Source: Octopus sinensis
Lineage: Eukaryota
DNA length: 64,000 nucleotides
Reading direction: 5' to 3'
Assembly (NCBI RefSeq): GCF_006345805.1
Contig: NC_043001.1
Coordinates: 90,272,001-90,336,000 of the forward strand
Shown here piece by piece: positions 11,635 to 24,442 of the stretch (position 1 is its first letter; the number at the start of each line of letters is the position of its first letter). A program made the translations under genes and the position numbers. The notes beneath the pieces are model-generated. The model made no database searches. It was not told the origin of the DNA and worked only from the letters and a program-made list of their open reading frames with translations.

Positions 11635-12029
11635 AATACATATATGTATATAGGTATATGTTTGTCTTCATCCTTCTCCATTCCACACCTGTATGCGTAT
11701 TTGCATAGCTCTCTCCATCACTCTCCATCTCGCTGCATCTCTACATCGATCACTACTCATCCTGCCTATCAATTTCTCCATCTTTTTCCTTTTCAACTCA
11801 TCTTTCATAATTTCCCCCAGTCCCCTTCTCAAAATCTATTTATAATTCTTACCCCCTCACTATTACTGAAGGCTACCTCCCCTTTCTTCTCTTAATATCA
11901 TTCAACTGCTTGACTCGTCTAGTTTTCTTTTTTCTGCCATTTGTTTTCTTCTCCTGTCATTGTTACTGTTTCACCTCATTTCCGGTTTGCTTTATTCTCT
12001 CTCCCTCTTCTTTTCCTTCCGTCTGTTTC

Positions 12030-12036
12030 TCTCTCC

Positions 12037-12068
<32 letters not shown>

Positions 12069-12293
12069 CCTCTCTCTCTCTCCCTTTCTCTTTTCCAAAC
12101 ACTTTACTCCTATCATCCGTTCTATCGTCGCCATCATGTTATCATTGCCATTGCACAATCGTTGTCATTCAATTCTACCCTCCTTCAGTTTTCTTCCTCC
12201 CTCCTTCTCCTCCGCGTCTCCACATCGCTTCTTCTTCTTCTTCTCTTCTTCTTCTTCTTCTTCTTCTTCTTCTTCTTCTTCTTCTTCTCTTCT

Positions 12294-12340
<47 letters not shown>

Positions 12341-12536
12341 TTTTTCTACTTTTCTTCTTCTTCTCCTCCACCTCCTCCTCCTCCTCCTCCTTCTTCTTCT
12401 TTTCTTCTATCTTCTTCTTCTTCTTCTTCTATCATTTCATTTCATATTCTATCATTCTATATTTACAATTTTGTCTTTGTTTCTTTGTCTTGGTTACTTC
12501 ATTACTTCATTATGTTAAAAACTATTATTATTATTA

Positions 12537-12590
<54 letters not shown>
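12030..12590. repeat. Compound microsatellites (CT)n, (CTT)n/(CCT)n, (TTA)n
   Basis: Directly visible; explains ORFs 11910-12616. Confidence 0.92.
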
Positions 12591-12591
<1 letters not shown>

Positions 12592-12960
12592 GGTGACGAG
12601 CTGGCAGAAACGTTAGCACGCCGGGCGAAATGCGTAGCCGCATTTCATCTGCCGTTACGTTCTGAGTTCAAATTCCGTCGAGGTCGACTTTGCCTTTCAT
12701 CCTTTCGGGGTCGATAAATTAAGTACCAGTTACACACTGGGGTCAATATAATCGACTTAATCCGTTTGTATGTCCTTGTTTATCGTCGCCGTGTTTAGCC
12801 CCTTGTGGGTAGTAAAGAAATAGGTATTTCTTCTGTCTTCACGTTCTGACTTCAAATTCTGCCGATCTCGACTTTGCCTTTCATCCTTTCAGTTGCGTGC
12901 TGGGGTCGATCTAATCGACTGTCCCCTCCTCTAAAATTTCGAGCCTTTTGTCAAGAGTAG
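12590..12960 (+). mobile_element. SINE family D, full copy plus partial second copy
   Basis: AAGGTGACGAGCTGGCAGAAACGTTAGCACGCCGGGCGAAATG..GAGTTCAAATTCC..GAGGTCGACTTTGCCTTTCATCC; body restarts at ~12820. Confidence 0.85.
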
Positions 12961-12982
12961 AATAATAATTATTATCATTAAT

Positions 12983-13192
12983 AAGGCGGCGAGCTAGCAG
13001 AACCGTTAGCACGCCGGGCGAAATGCTTATCGGTTTTGCGTCTGTCTGTACATTCTGAGTTCAAATTCCACCGAGGTCAACTTTGCCTTTTATCCTTTCG
13101 AGATCGATAAATTAAGTACTAGTGAAACGCAGGGGTCGATATTATCAACTCATCCCTCCCCCAAAATGGTTGCTCTTGTGGCAAAATTTGAA
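12983..13192 (+). mobile_element. SINE family D
   Basis: AAGGCGGCGAGCTAGCAGAACCGTTAGCACGCCGGGCG..TTCAAATTCC..GATCGATAAATTAAGTAC. Confidence 0.85.
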
Positions 13193-13282
13193 ACATATAT
13201 TATTATTATTAGTTATTATTATTATTATATTATTATTATTATATTATTATTATTATTATTATCATCATTATTATCATTATAT

Positions 13283-13410
13283 TCTCAATTCAAATTCCTC
13301 CGAGGTTGACTTTATCGTTCATCCTTTGGGGTCGATAAAATAAATATCGATGTGATCGACTTCTCCTCACCCCCAAAATTGCTAGCCTTGTAGCAAAATT
13401 TGAAACCATT
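13283..13410 (+). mobile_element. SINE family D, 5'-truncated
   Basis: TTCAAATTCCTCCGAGGTTGACTTT..GGGGTCGATAAA..AAAATTTGAAACCATT. Confidence 0.7.
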
Positions 13411-13503
13411 TTTAGTATTTAAAAAAAAAATTTGTTAGTTTTGTTTACTCACAAAACCCTCACGGCAACACACTCTCACACACATCCACACACACACACA
13501 CAC

Positions 13504-13546
<43 letters not shown>

Positions 13547-13634
13547 TCTTTGTTTTGTCCTGTGCTGTCCATAATGTTTTGGTTTAATGTAAACTCTTGT
13601 GGTTAGTAAAGAAATCATTATTGTTACTATTATG

Positions 13635-13676
13635 AAGGCGGCAAGCTCTCAGAATCTTTACAAAATGTTTAGAAAG

Positions 13677-13712
<36 letters not shown>

Positions 13713-13810
13713 CCTTTCGAGGTCGATAAAAATAAGATACCAGACAAATACTAGGGGTCGATGTAAAACGACTAGCGCCTTGTCCTTAGAGTTGTTGACC
13801 TTGTAACTGA
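13635..13810 (+). mobile_element. SINE family D, degenerate with internal (TAT)n
   Basis: AAGGCGGCAAGCT head and CCTTTCGAGGTCGATAAA..GGGGTCGATGTA body separated by (TAT)n. Confidence 0.55.
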
Positions 13811-14135
13811 ATTAAAAACCATCATCATTGTCATCATCATCATCATCATCATCATCGTCGTCGTCGTCGTCGTCGTCGTCATCATCATCATCATCGTCAT
13901 ATTTCTTAGTTTTCCCCCTTATTAACAACTCCTTTTACATTTTCTTTATTTCTTCTCTCTCGTTCATTTCCTTTCACCCGTTCTCTCTCTCTCTCTCTCT
14001 CATTCTTTCTCTTTCACTCGTTCTCTCTCTCCCACACACCCACACACTCTCTCTCTCACTCACACATACACACACACACACATACATGCACACACTCTCA
14101 TTCTTTCCCCTGCACTTTCTCTCTCATACACGCTT

Positions 14136-14182
<47 letters not shown>

Positions 14183-14706
14183 TCACACACACACACTCTC
14201 TCTCTCTCTCTCTTACACTCTCACCGTCTCTTTCACACACTCTTAGTTTATTACTATGTCTTTCTTATTGACTTTCCATTACGGATCGGGAATTCCATTC
14301 GAAAGATCCCCATCACCACCATCAACACCACCCCACCATCACCACCACCTCCACCACCAAATATTATCACTACCACTTCCACGAGCTAGCGTGAAAGATG
14401 CGGTTTCTGTTTTTAGAGGTCAAGGGAACCTCTACGTTATAGGTCACTCGACCTCTAGAAATAGCAGCCAAATATCTCAGAAAGCACCCTTTCCCGTCTG
14501 TCTTCATATGAAGGTCACAATAAAGTAGTGCCATATAAACAAAAAGACAAGATGGTCACGGCTAGAGGACCCTTGATCATATTTCTACATGTTCAGGATT
14601 GACCTGTAGCTAAAACAAATAGATACTACTATTGCTGCGACTACTGCTACTGCTGCTGTTGTTGCTGCTGCTGCTGCTACCACTGCCGCTGCTGCTGCTA
14701 CTGCTG

Positions 14707-14742
<36 letters not shown>

Positions 14743-15064
14743 TTACCACCACCACCATCACCACCACACCGACACAACGCCACCCCAGTTAGTACATCCA
14801 AAGATAACTCCAGAAACCTTCACAAACGATCACAGAAGCCCGTATCTAACCCATCACCACCGCTATCGCAGCCACCACTACAACCACCTCTACCCTCAAC
14901 ACCACGCCTACCCGTCCCCTGTGTGTCAACGGGTTCGCTACCACTATGATTATAAAATTGTCATTCATCAAATCACCTCAACTGAATAAATATATATATA
15001 TATATATATATACGTGTGTGTGTGTGTCTGTGTGTGTCTGTGTGTATGTGGGTGCTACATATAT

Positions 15065-15295
15065 ATCTCTTTACTCTTACTCTAATTTACTCCTTTACTT
15101 GTTTCAGTCATTTGACTGCGTCCATGCTGGAGCACCGCCTTTAGTCGAGCAAATCGACTACAGGACTTATTCTTTGTAAGCCTAGTACTTATTCTATCGG
15201 TGTCGTTTCGCCGAACCGCTTTGTTACGGGGACGTAAACACACCAGCATCGGTTGTAAAGCGATGTTGGTGGAGGAAACAAACACAGACACACAC

Positions 15296-15300
<5 letters not shown>
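15065..15300 (-). mobile_element. SINE family A tail only
   Basis: Reverse complement of ..GTGTTTACGTCCCCGTAAC..AATAAGTACTAGGCTTACAAAG..GACTGAAACAAGTAAAGGAG. Confidence 0.8.
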
Positions 15301-15343
<43 letters not shown>

Positions 15344-15709
15344 CATATACCATATATACCATAACACAAACCACCACACCTCATTCACCACCCATTATCA
15401 CCATTATCATCACCACAGTCATCATCATCATCATCAGCAGCAGCAGCAGCAACAGCACCAACAGCAGCAGCAGCATCGTCGTCGTCGTCGTTACCATCAT
15501 CATCACTTGCATTTTGGCCACCATTTTGCCATTACTGTGGCCATCATGAACAGAAACAACAGCAATAACAACAAAAATACAATTACCACCATCACACAAC
15601 CACCACGACCATCTCCACTGCCTCTACCACCTCCACCACCGTCGCTACTACCTTACTGCCGCAATGCCTACCTACGTACCTACCTGCCTGCTTGCGCCTC
15701 ATCCCTTCC

Positions 15710-15961
15710 TCATCTGCACACGCGCAGTCTCCGGTTGTTATTGAATGTCGGGAAACGAGCAAACAGACTGGCGAGGAGGACTTCTCGCTCGGCACGGCGA
15801 CATCGACAGAAACTGAATAATGTGGGAAAGCAAGTAACCAAGGCAACAATGGATTGGTAAAACACAACTTTACTTGCCGCTCTCAAAACTGTTTCGATAA
15901 ATATAGTAACAGATCGATCGATTTTGAACAAGTTAACGGTGAAACCCACACGCTTCTGCAT
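15710..15961. other. Non-repetitive, relatively CpG-rich segment with in-phase open frames on both strands
   Basis: Minus ORF 83 aa; plus frame QSPVVIECRETSKQTGEEDFSLGTATSTETE* after a pyrimidine-rich CAG. No family recognised. Confidence 0.2.
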
Positions 15962-16125
15962 TTACAAATATTGATATGAAAAGCCTCCACAGTCACATAT
16001 GCACTACACAAACTTTTACGCATACAGATGCACATACACACACATGTGAGGTCTATGTTTATATACATACATATGTGTGTGTCGTATATACGTATACATA
16101 CATACATACATACATATATATTATA

Positions 16126-16180
<55 letters not shown>

Positions 16181-17199
16181 TATATACATATATATCTATA
16201 TGTATGTATGTATCTATATATGCATATACATATATATGCATAATACGCATATGTATTATTCATTTATACATGTATGTATATTATGCATAGCAGAACAGGC
16301 GAGGATCCTAAAGGACTCCCTCGACCCAGGGAATATGGTTAATTCTAGAACGAAGGTCTTCGGGCCTTGCTTTCATTTCAGGAAATTCCTGCTGGCCTAC
16401 TGGAACCCACAGGATGGCATGGTCACCGGAGATCGATAGCCAAAGGGAGACAATCCCCTTCGTTGATATTGAGTAGCGAGGTCCTTTGCTCTTCCATATT
16501 CTAGAAAGGACACTCGCTAGATAGACCCTAAACCAACAGGTTTTGGGATCTGATGCTACGCGCTTATGGACATGAAACCTTAGGTAATACTATAAACCGG
16601 CCTTATCTAACTTTAAGATACATGTGGCTGTCTGGCGACATGGCGAAGGAGTTCTCTTCACATGCACATAGCTTCGGGATCAGGTTCACTGCTTGCCACC
16701 AGGGGTAAGTGTCTTTTACTGTAGCCTCGAGTCGACCAATAATTGAATTTGATGAATGGAAGCTGTGTGTGTGTGTCTAGAAGCCAGTATTAGTTTGTTT
16801 ACGTTCCCGTAACTTAGGGATGTAATAAGTAACAGACTTAAAATGGTTTGCGATGATTTATTCAAGTAAATGTTCCAAGACTGATAGTGATAATATACAT
16901 ATTATTATTATTACTATTATATATATTATAATATACACTGCATTATATATTATATTTTATACTATGTATACACGTACGTATGCATGTTAAAGAGACATTT
17001 ATTTGTCGCTGCAATGTAGAGCAATAAAGTGTTCCATGACCTGTTATGGTTAAGCGGTCAATTGCACTTCGAACATCCAATGCTGAGGTACCAAACAACC
17101 ACAACGGTGAAACGTGCATAGAGAACAAATGTTAGAAATGCCTTTATCATAATTTATATATATATATATATATATGAATCTATGGCTGATACATACGTG

Positions 17200-17281
<82 letters not shown>

Positions 17282-17294
17282 TGTGTATATATAT

Positions 17295-17694
17295 AGGCGC
17301 AGGAGTGGGTATGTGGTAAGTAGCTTGTTTACCAACAACATGGTTCCGGGTTCAGTCCTACTGCGTGGCACCTTGGGCAAGTGTCTTCTACTATAGCCTC
17401 GGGCCGACCAAAGCCTTGTGAAGCCCGTCGTATATATGTATATATATATAATATATATATGTGTGTGCGTGTGTGTGTGTGTGTGTATGTTTGTATGTCT
17501 GTGTTTGTCCCCCCCCCCAACATCGCTTGACAACCGATGCTGGTGTGTTTACATCCCCGTCACTTAGCGGTTCAGCAAAAGCGACCGATAGAATAAGTAC
17601 TGGGCTTACAAAGAATAAGTCCCGTGGTCGAGTTGCTCGATTAAAGGCCGCAGTCAAATGATTGAAACAAGTAAAAGAGTAAAAGAGTAAAGAG
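17295..17694 (+). mobile_element. SINE family A with small internal deletion
   Basis: Head, linker and tail present; GAGTGGATTTGGTAGACGGAAAC segment missing. Confidence 0.88.
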
Positions 17695-17716
17695 TATATG
17701 TGTGTATGTATGTATG

Positions 17717-17747
<31 letters not shown>

Positions 17748-17893
17748 GTTAATATTTAAGTGTTGGGTACGTTCCTAATACTACGCCGATAAAGCACGTT
17801 CTCTACCTATGGCTACCTGACATCATCCACGGTAATTACCCAATTGTCGCTGGATCTACATCAGGAATTATTTAGTGTATATCGAGTATAAAC

Positions 17894-18178
17894 GATAGAG
17901 ATTGGAAACGGAATACACGTAAAACGTTATTGTTCACAACAATTGTTTCAATACATCTTGCATCGATCCCTCGTGGGTGGGAAGCTGTACAACTAGTTGT
18001 GGTGCATCCCTCGGTCATTAACATACTGTATTACACCCGAGATGCCCCTAATTACATCACCTGACGATACACTTCTACCTGAGTGCTGCAGTTTTCACCA
18101 GCGAGTGATCGATGTCCGGGTGTGTTGAAACGATCGTCGTGACCAATAACGTTTCCCGTGTATTTTCTGCCTCTATCA
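17894..18178. mobile_element. Short element with ~80-bp imperfect terminal inverted repeats, Penelope-pLTR-like
   Basis: GATAGAG..AATACACGTAAAACGTTATTGTTCACAACAATTGTTTCAATACATCTTGCATCGATCCCTCG pairs with CGAGTGATCGATG..GTGTTGAAACGATCGTCGTGACCAATAACGTTTCCCGTGTATT..CTCTATC. Confidence 0.7.
18057..18142 (+). ncRNA. Type I hammerhead-ribozyme-like motif
   Basis: Stem I TCAC(18057-60)/GTGA(18139-42); core CTGACGA 18061-67; stem II ACAC/GTGT with U.U closing pair and ~50-nt loop; GAAA 18127-30; palindromic ACGATCGT; GUC 18136-38. Confidence 0.55.
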
Positions 18179-18785
18179 TTATATATATATATATATATAT
18201 AGTCATTTCAAATAAGCAAACGATTCAAATGAAAAACGTGTGTGTGTGTGTGAGTGCCTGCGTGCGTGTATGTATATATGTGCGTGATAATGTGCGTCCA
18301 CGCAGATATGTTTAAGACACACAAATGTCTTTCGGAAGGCGGTATGACATGGTAACATGTACAGTCGTTTGCCCATTGTTTTAGGTGGAGTGTACTCGTT
18401 ATAGACACCTCTCGGTCCTCCAAATCTTTACGAAATGGAACAAAGTGAAAGAGATGGATGAAAACAATGGAGCGCTATCACTTGGGTGATACTGATCTCA
18501 ACAGAGAAAACTGGAGTAGCGTGAAATAAAGTGATTTGCTTGATGATTCAAAGCGCCGAATGAACGACCTTAAAATCGTGAACCCCTAAAATTCTATAAG
18601 ACGGTGCTCCAGTTATGTCTGCAATCTAAATGACTGAAACAATTAAAAAATAAAAGATACATATATATATATATATAATATACATTTTATATATATATAT
18701 TGTATATATATATATATATATACTATGTTATATATATATATATTCTATATATATTATATATACTATTTTATATATATATATATAT

Positions 18786-19167
18786 AGGCGCAGGAGTGGC
18801 TGTGTGGTAAGTAGCTTACTAACCAACCGGGTTCAGTCCCACTGCGTGGCATCTTGGGCAAGTGTCTTCTGCTATAGCCTCGGGCCGACCAATGCCTTGT
18901 AAGTGGATTTGGTAGACGGAAACTGAAGGAAGCCTGTCGTATATATGTATGTGTGTGTTTGTGTGTCTGTGTTTGTCCCCCTAGCATTGCTTGACAACCG
19001 ATGCTGGTGTGTTTACGTCCCCGTCACTTAGGGTTCGGAAAAAGAGACCTATAGAATAAGTACTGGGCTTACAAAGAATAAGTCCCGGGGTCGATTTGCT
19101 CGACTAAAGGCGGTGCTCCAGCATGGCCGCAGTCAAATGACTGAAACAAGTAAAAGAGTAAAGAGTA
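18786..19167 (+). mobile_element. SINE family A, full length
   Basis: Same head/body/tail as 10914-11319. Confidence 0.9.
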
Positions 19168-19749
19168 ATATGCATACACTTTAACACAAATTTTGTATTC
19201 TGTTTAAATCAACATTCCACTTCTATATCCGTGTTACGAATTTGAGTAATCAACTTTCCCGACACTCCTTTTGGCAATGATCTAACCCAATCAGTAACGG
19301 CCATTTCACTACATACTTTGATGTTCGTATTAAAAGCATCTGAGCCAAAATTAGAAACGAAATCGTTGCACTTTTGGCTCACGCAGAGACGTTCAATTTC
19401 ACTAGTCAAATGACCTTGTCACATTAATGGGGTTGTGAGGTTATTATCAGTTAATTAGATCTCTTCCATTAGGTGCAAATCCATTTTACCGACAGACTAC
19501 TATGAAATTAGTGTTCATCATAAAAGGCTAAGTTGAACGCATGTTGTCCGAAATGACACTGTCAAACAGTTTCATTCATATATCAGCATATACTATGACA
19601 GAACAAAAATCAATTTATATTGTTAGGAAATTATTATGAGCACGCAAAACAGCGAGAATCAAATCAATAAATGTTCATATTCATTCTTAAGACGTTTTGG
19701 TAGATTAGAACATGAGCAAGCTAACTGCCGTTATACTTCGTCTTTGCAG

Positions 19750-19803
19750 AAAAAACGTCGCCTGTCAGATAATGTATGCTGACAGCGCACTCGATTCAGT
19801 GAC
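19750..19803 (+). CDS. Candidate 54-nt internal exon (phase 2-2), KNVACQIMYADSALDSV
   Basis: CTTCGTCTTTGCAG| acceptor, GAC|GTAAGG donor, only one open frame. Protein not recognised. Confidence 0.4.
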
Positions 19804-20789
19804 GTAAGGAGACTGAGACACTGGTGTTTCGACATTGTTCTTTGCCTTCAGTCAAATCTTCTGGATATATTTATCTAAACAAGGTTTCTGGTTCTCGTTT
19901 ATAGAATTTAGCAAATTATTTCATGATGTGCGGTGATGTCTGCCATGCAGATAATAAATCCTCAAGAGCATGTAAAAGTGTTAGAATCAATTTATCAATC
20001 TATCTACATATACAAAAATATACTTACCAAAATGAATGGAGCATTGGTCAGGAGGAAATGATGTCATCAAACGGTATCCAAAGATCATTGCGTATTTCGA
20101 GCCTGAATTGTAACACCTTCCTGTTGGTGGGTCAGCAGATGTGGCCAAATCACTACTCATCATCACCTCCTGGCTTCCAGCACAGCTCCTACCTATTGCT
20201 CCATAACTAGCAAGATTACCTTTCTGCTGCCTTTCCCATCCTGCTCACAGTCACCCATAGCTCTTTCCCTCTCATCCCAATGGCCAACCTTAATTGGAAA
20301 AGCTATGACAGCCATCCCTTCTCCTTGCAATACAGTAAAGGGTTCTCGTATTTGGCATGCTTCAATTAGTAAGTCTGACCCCACCCTATTTCCCACGGGA
20401 CTGTAGGCTCAATCAAGATTATTTTCTCATTCTTTTCGGACCACAGAACATATGGCCTCATGGATGTATGGACGACCTGGGGGAACTGCAGTCTCTCCCC
20501 CAGGTCCATTTCCATATCACATGGTTGGGACCCATGTAGTAAGCTGCCTTTTTGCTGCCCTCACAGGCTTTTTCATTCTTTCACGAATTTAATTGCCGCT
20601 GTTGCTCTTTCCTTTGTCTGTGTTGTCCCCCACCACCACATGGCAACCGGTGTTGGTGCATTAACGTCCCTGTAGCTAATCGGTTCGGGAAAAGAGACAG
20701 ACACAATGAGTATCAGGTTTTAAAAAATAAGTCCTGGGGTCAATTTCAAATTGGTACCCCATCATTGTCATAGTCCAATCACTAAAACA

Positions 20790-21154
20790 GGTAAAAGAAT
20801 GGCAACACTCCTCTTCACCTATTCCAAAGAAAACCAAGGTTATTTCATCTCCAAGGAATGTGACGGCTTTAATTTTAGGGGATGTAGAAGGCACACCATC
20901 TATGGAGAATACTATGCTAACTTTTTGAGGCAGTTACGAAAAGCTGTCATGACCAAGCACATAGGAAAATTGACAAAAGAGGTCTTGTTTCATCAGGACA
21001 ATGCTCTAGCAAGCCAGTCCTCGGTCTCATCGACTGCTGTGTGTAACTGGCTTTGAACTGGTTGATCCCCGTCCCTATTCTCCTGATTTGGCACCATCTG
21101 ACTATCATCTGTTCCCCAACATCAAAAGTCACTTGGCTGGAACTAGTATCGCAG

Positions 21155-21202
<48 letters not shown>

Positions 21203-21398
21203 GGATGATGTCATATCTACTGTCGATGACGTTTTGACCAACAAGATGAAAGTTTCTTCACTAATGGGATCCAAGCAGTGCAACACCGATGGAAGGAGTA
21301 TGTGGTCTGCAAAAAGGACTGTTGTAAAATAAACCTCATTTGATAACATTCCATGAGAATATCTTGTTCAATCTATGAACTTTTCAGCTGACCTTCGC
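20790..21398 (+). mobile_element. Decayed mariner transposon, 3' two-thirds
   Basis: YGEYYANFLRQLRKAV..VLFHQDNA..PYSPDLAPSDYHLFPNIKSHL..IQAVQHRWKEY; 3' TIR-like AACTTTTCAGCTGACCTTCG. Confidence 0.85.
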
Positions 21399-22170
21399 AG
21401 TAGCATTCCCAACGATAGATTTACTTTAATCATATTCTTTACTCCCATCACAATTATCATTATCATCACCTTCATGACCATTGTAATCATCATGATCACG
21501 ATCATGACCATGGTCTTCCCTCTCTCTCCTTCTACCTTTTCATTGTCATCGTCATGTCTATCATCATTCTGTCTACTAGAAATATCAGCCAAATCCTCCT
21601 TAAATCACAGCCTACAGACATCAAAAAGGAGAAGCTCATTGAACAATCTATTGATAGTATTGGTGTTTTTTATCACGGCACTGGTATTAATATCTTTATA
21701 TTTTAGAAATTATTTCCGTTTCTAACACGGTTTGCACGTTGAAGACTACGGTAAGCCCACTTTTAAACCATGTCCTCTATTTTCAGCTGACATACTAGAC
21801 AACCTTTGTACTAACCATATTATATAAATAGTAAAATCAGAAAAAGAATACAATAGAATTAAAGAATTCTCCAACTTATTTGCTTTCTCGATTCACTTCT
21901 CGAGACCGAATCAAAAGTGTTACTCTCATAAAATAAACTCTTGTGTTTGTATTGCTTTTCTCTTTTCCTTTTCTATTTATCTATTTGTTTTTTTATTTTT
22001 AGCCATAATTACTACTTTCCAAGTATATTATTACTTTCCTAGCTAATTAACATTTTGCTTTAAATCTAACTTCAGCTTTGGAAATTAAAGAATATTTTCG
22101 AAGTCTAATTCAATTAATACATATCCGCCAAGTGTGAGCATATTTTGTTGTTGTTGTTGTTGTTTTTAAT

Positions 22171-22300
22171 AGGCGCAGGAGTAGCTGAGTGGTTAAGAAG
22201 CATGCTTCTCAACCACGCGGCCTTGTTTTCAGTCCCATTGCGCAGCAACTTGAGCCGACCTTGTGAGTGTATTTGGTAGACGGAAACTGAAAGAAGCCCG

Positions 22301-22364
<64 letters not shown>

Positions 22365-22545
22365 GTGTGTGCGTGTTTGTTCCCCTTCAAAACTTGACAG
22401 CCGGTGTTGGTGTCTTTGTGGTTCGGCAAAAGACGTCGGTTGGCTAAATACCAGGCTTAAAAAATAAGAACTCGAGTCGATTTGTTCGAATGAAGACTTC
22501 ACTGGCCGCAGTCCAATGATTGAAGCAAGTAAAAAGTAAAAGTTT
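22171..22545 (+). mobile_element. SINE family A, diverged
   Basis: AGGCGCAGGAGTAGCTGAGTGG head, GGTAGACGGAAACTGAAAGAAGCCCGTCG, (GT)n linker, diverged tail. Confidence 0.75.
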
Positions 22546-22884
22546 GAAGTCAAAAGTCAAATACATGTAGTAAATGCTAACATCAACCATTGGTTAAAAA
22601 AATCCTTGTAGAAGGGAAGTAGTTGAATAAAGGCTACGAAACTTAGATTTCCTTTTGAAGTGAACCCCGGAGTTGCTCCAAAGAACGGTATTTAATGGTG
22701 AGCCTGTTCATTCAACGTATAATACTGGGATGGCTAAATTTCTTCCTGGATGAGAAACATTTTTTATATAATAAAGCAATACAAAAATGCTTATAAAAGC
22801 AAAACGTAGTCGTAAATATGAATAAACGAATGCCAGTCATTCAATAGCAAAGTAAAATAAGTTTATAAACAGTTTTTATTTCAG

Positions 22885-22921
22885 ATGTATTAAAGAAACA
22901 CGTCCAACAAAAATAATAAAG
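22885..22921 (+). CDS. Candidate 37-nt internal exon (phase 2-0), CIKETRPTKIIK
   Basis: GTTTTTATTTCAG| acceptor, AAG|GTAAGT donor, one open frame; phase-compatible with 19750-19803. Confidence 0.45.
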
Positions 22922-23048
22922 GTAAGTTGAACATTTGCAACAGGGTTGAATATTGTGATAGAGTTTGATAGTGAAAGAAGCAAACAGTAAACAGCGATGC
23001 CCACAAGAAATCAGCTATAACAGGTATATGATGTTAGAATATTTAAAC

Positions 23049-23271
23049 CAGTGGTTCTGAACCTTTTTTTTTACCTATAGACATCTTCGATTCTAATTTT
23101 ACTTTACAGGACCTCCATATCCATTCATTGTTTTAAAAAACAATACTATTGTACTTTTATAATTAAATATTATTAGGGATTATAGAAAAAATTAAAATAT
23201 TCTGTGTATAGTAGAAGAATAAAGCAATTTTATTAACAAAATCTTATGTGGACCCCGGTTGAGAACCATTG
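23049..23271. mobile_element. hAT (Charlie-like) MITE
   Basis: TIRs CAGTGGTTCTGAACC / GGTTGAGAACCATTG; 8-bp flanks ATTTAAAC / GTCTAAAC (6/8). Confidence 0.8.
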
Positions 23272-24442
23272 GTCTAAACAGAGTTTCTAATTACACTTCG
23301 TTGCAACAGACGAGAGAATAGCCCCTGTTATAGATCAGAACAGTGGGGATATAATTATCAAGGGGTCTCTGCCAACAGGACCTGTTATAGAGGAGGTCTG
23401 CTGATACATCGGCTCGGGTATTGAAGAGCTAAGGATGAACAAGTAACTATCTGTTATGCCCCTTCCTAAATTTTACAATCCCTTCAATTTTTCCCGGATA
23501 CTACCTTCAAGAATCCGAAAGTACTTTTGTTCAACCGTGTCATATTTCCGCGGACATGTTTTAACTGGCTTCAAATAGACGTGTAAAAATGTACATATTT
23601 TTCTTCAGTTTTGTAAGAATTGCAATATGTGAGGTGTTCTTTTTTTTTTATTTTAACCAAATACTTCGAGAACGCTTGTATCAGACATTTGATCAAGGAG
23701 AGTATTACAGAGAAAACCATTTTTAAGAGAACGTATCGTATATTGTAACCAATATATCGTAGTATATTCTAGTAAACACAAGAGATATTTTCCGGCTAAA
23801 AACATGGCTACTTGATATTCATGTACTTCTAGCGCTTCCTTTCTTCCGGAGAATAAGTCCCCAGTTGTGAATACAATTATTGTCTTGTGTTTTTCTTAAG
23901 ATACGTACATACTTCGTTATTCGAGTACTTACGTCTTACATCAGAATTTCAAAAAGAAAAGATTGCAAGATTACATGGAGATAACATTCCTATTGAGAGA
24001 ATATAATATTTCTATATAAAAATTTGCACTGAGAATATCCATATCAAATCAATATATATTCATGAATATCAATAATATAAAGGTCAAGATATAAATAGCA
24101 AATGTATTGGAGATCTCCATATATTGACTTCTGTGAACTATACACAATGCAGTAGATTTATTACTTTTCGTAAATATCTATTGGGTCTGCAGGTAATTTC
24201 AAATACCTTGTTTTGAAGAGCTAGCGGTTACAATACGGTATTCATCATTGTAATCCGCATATATATATGTTGAGAAGGTTAACGATGGTCATATTTTAAT
24301 ATGTTGATTATATGTGCAAATGTGTGTGTTTACAAATGTGTGTACACTAACAAACTTTACAATATAGAAATGTGTCAACGTATAAGGAATGTGTGTGAAT
24401 CATTATATCTATAAGTATATATATATATATATGTGTGTGTGT

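Noticed and set aside
20040-20560. GC-richer coding-like stretch (similar ones at 16300-16560, 45760-45915, 56080-56280)
   Set aside because: Probably decayed transposon ORFs, but I could not assign any diagnostic motif.
22661-22697. 37-nt splice-flanked segment EPRSCSKERYLM
   Set aside because: GAAG acceptor is weaker and it competes for the same phase slot as the better-supported 22885-22921; cannot be supported without RNA data.
23290-23410. 45-codon minus-strand open frame
   Set aside because: Begins CAGCAGACCTCCTCTATAAC, resembling a pogo/Tigger-like terminus; more likely transposon debris, with no donor.
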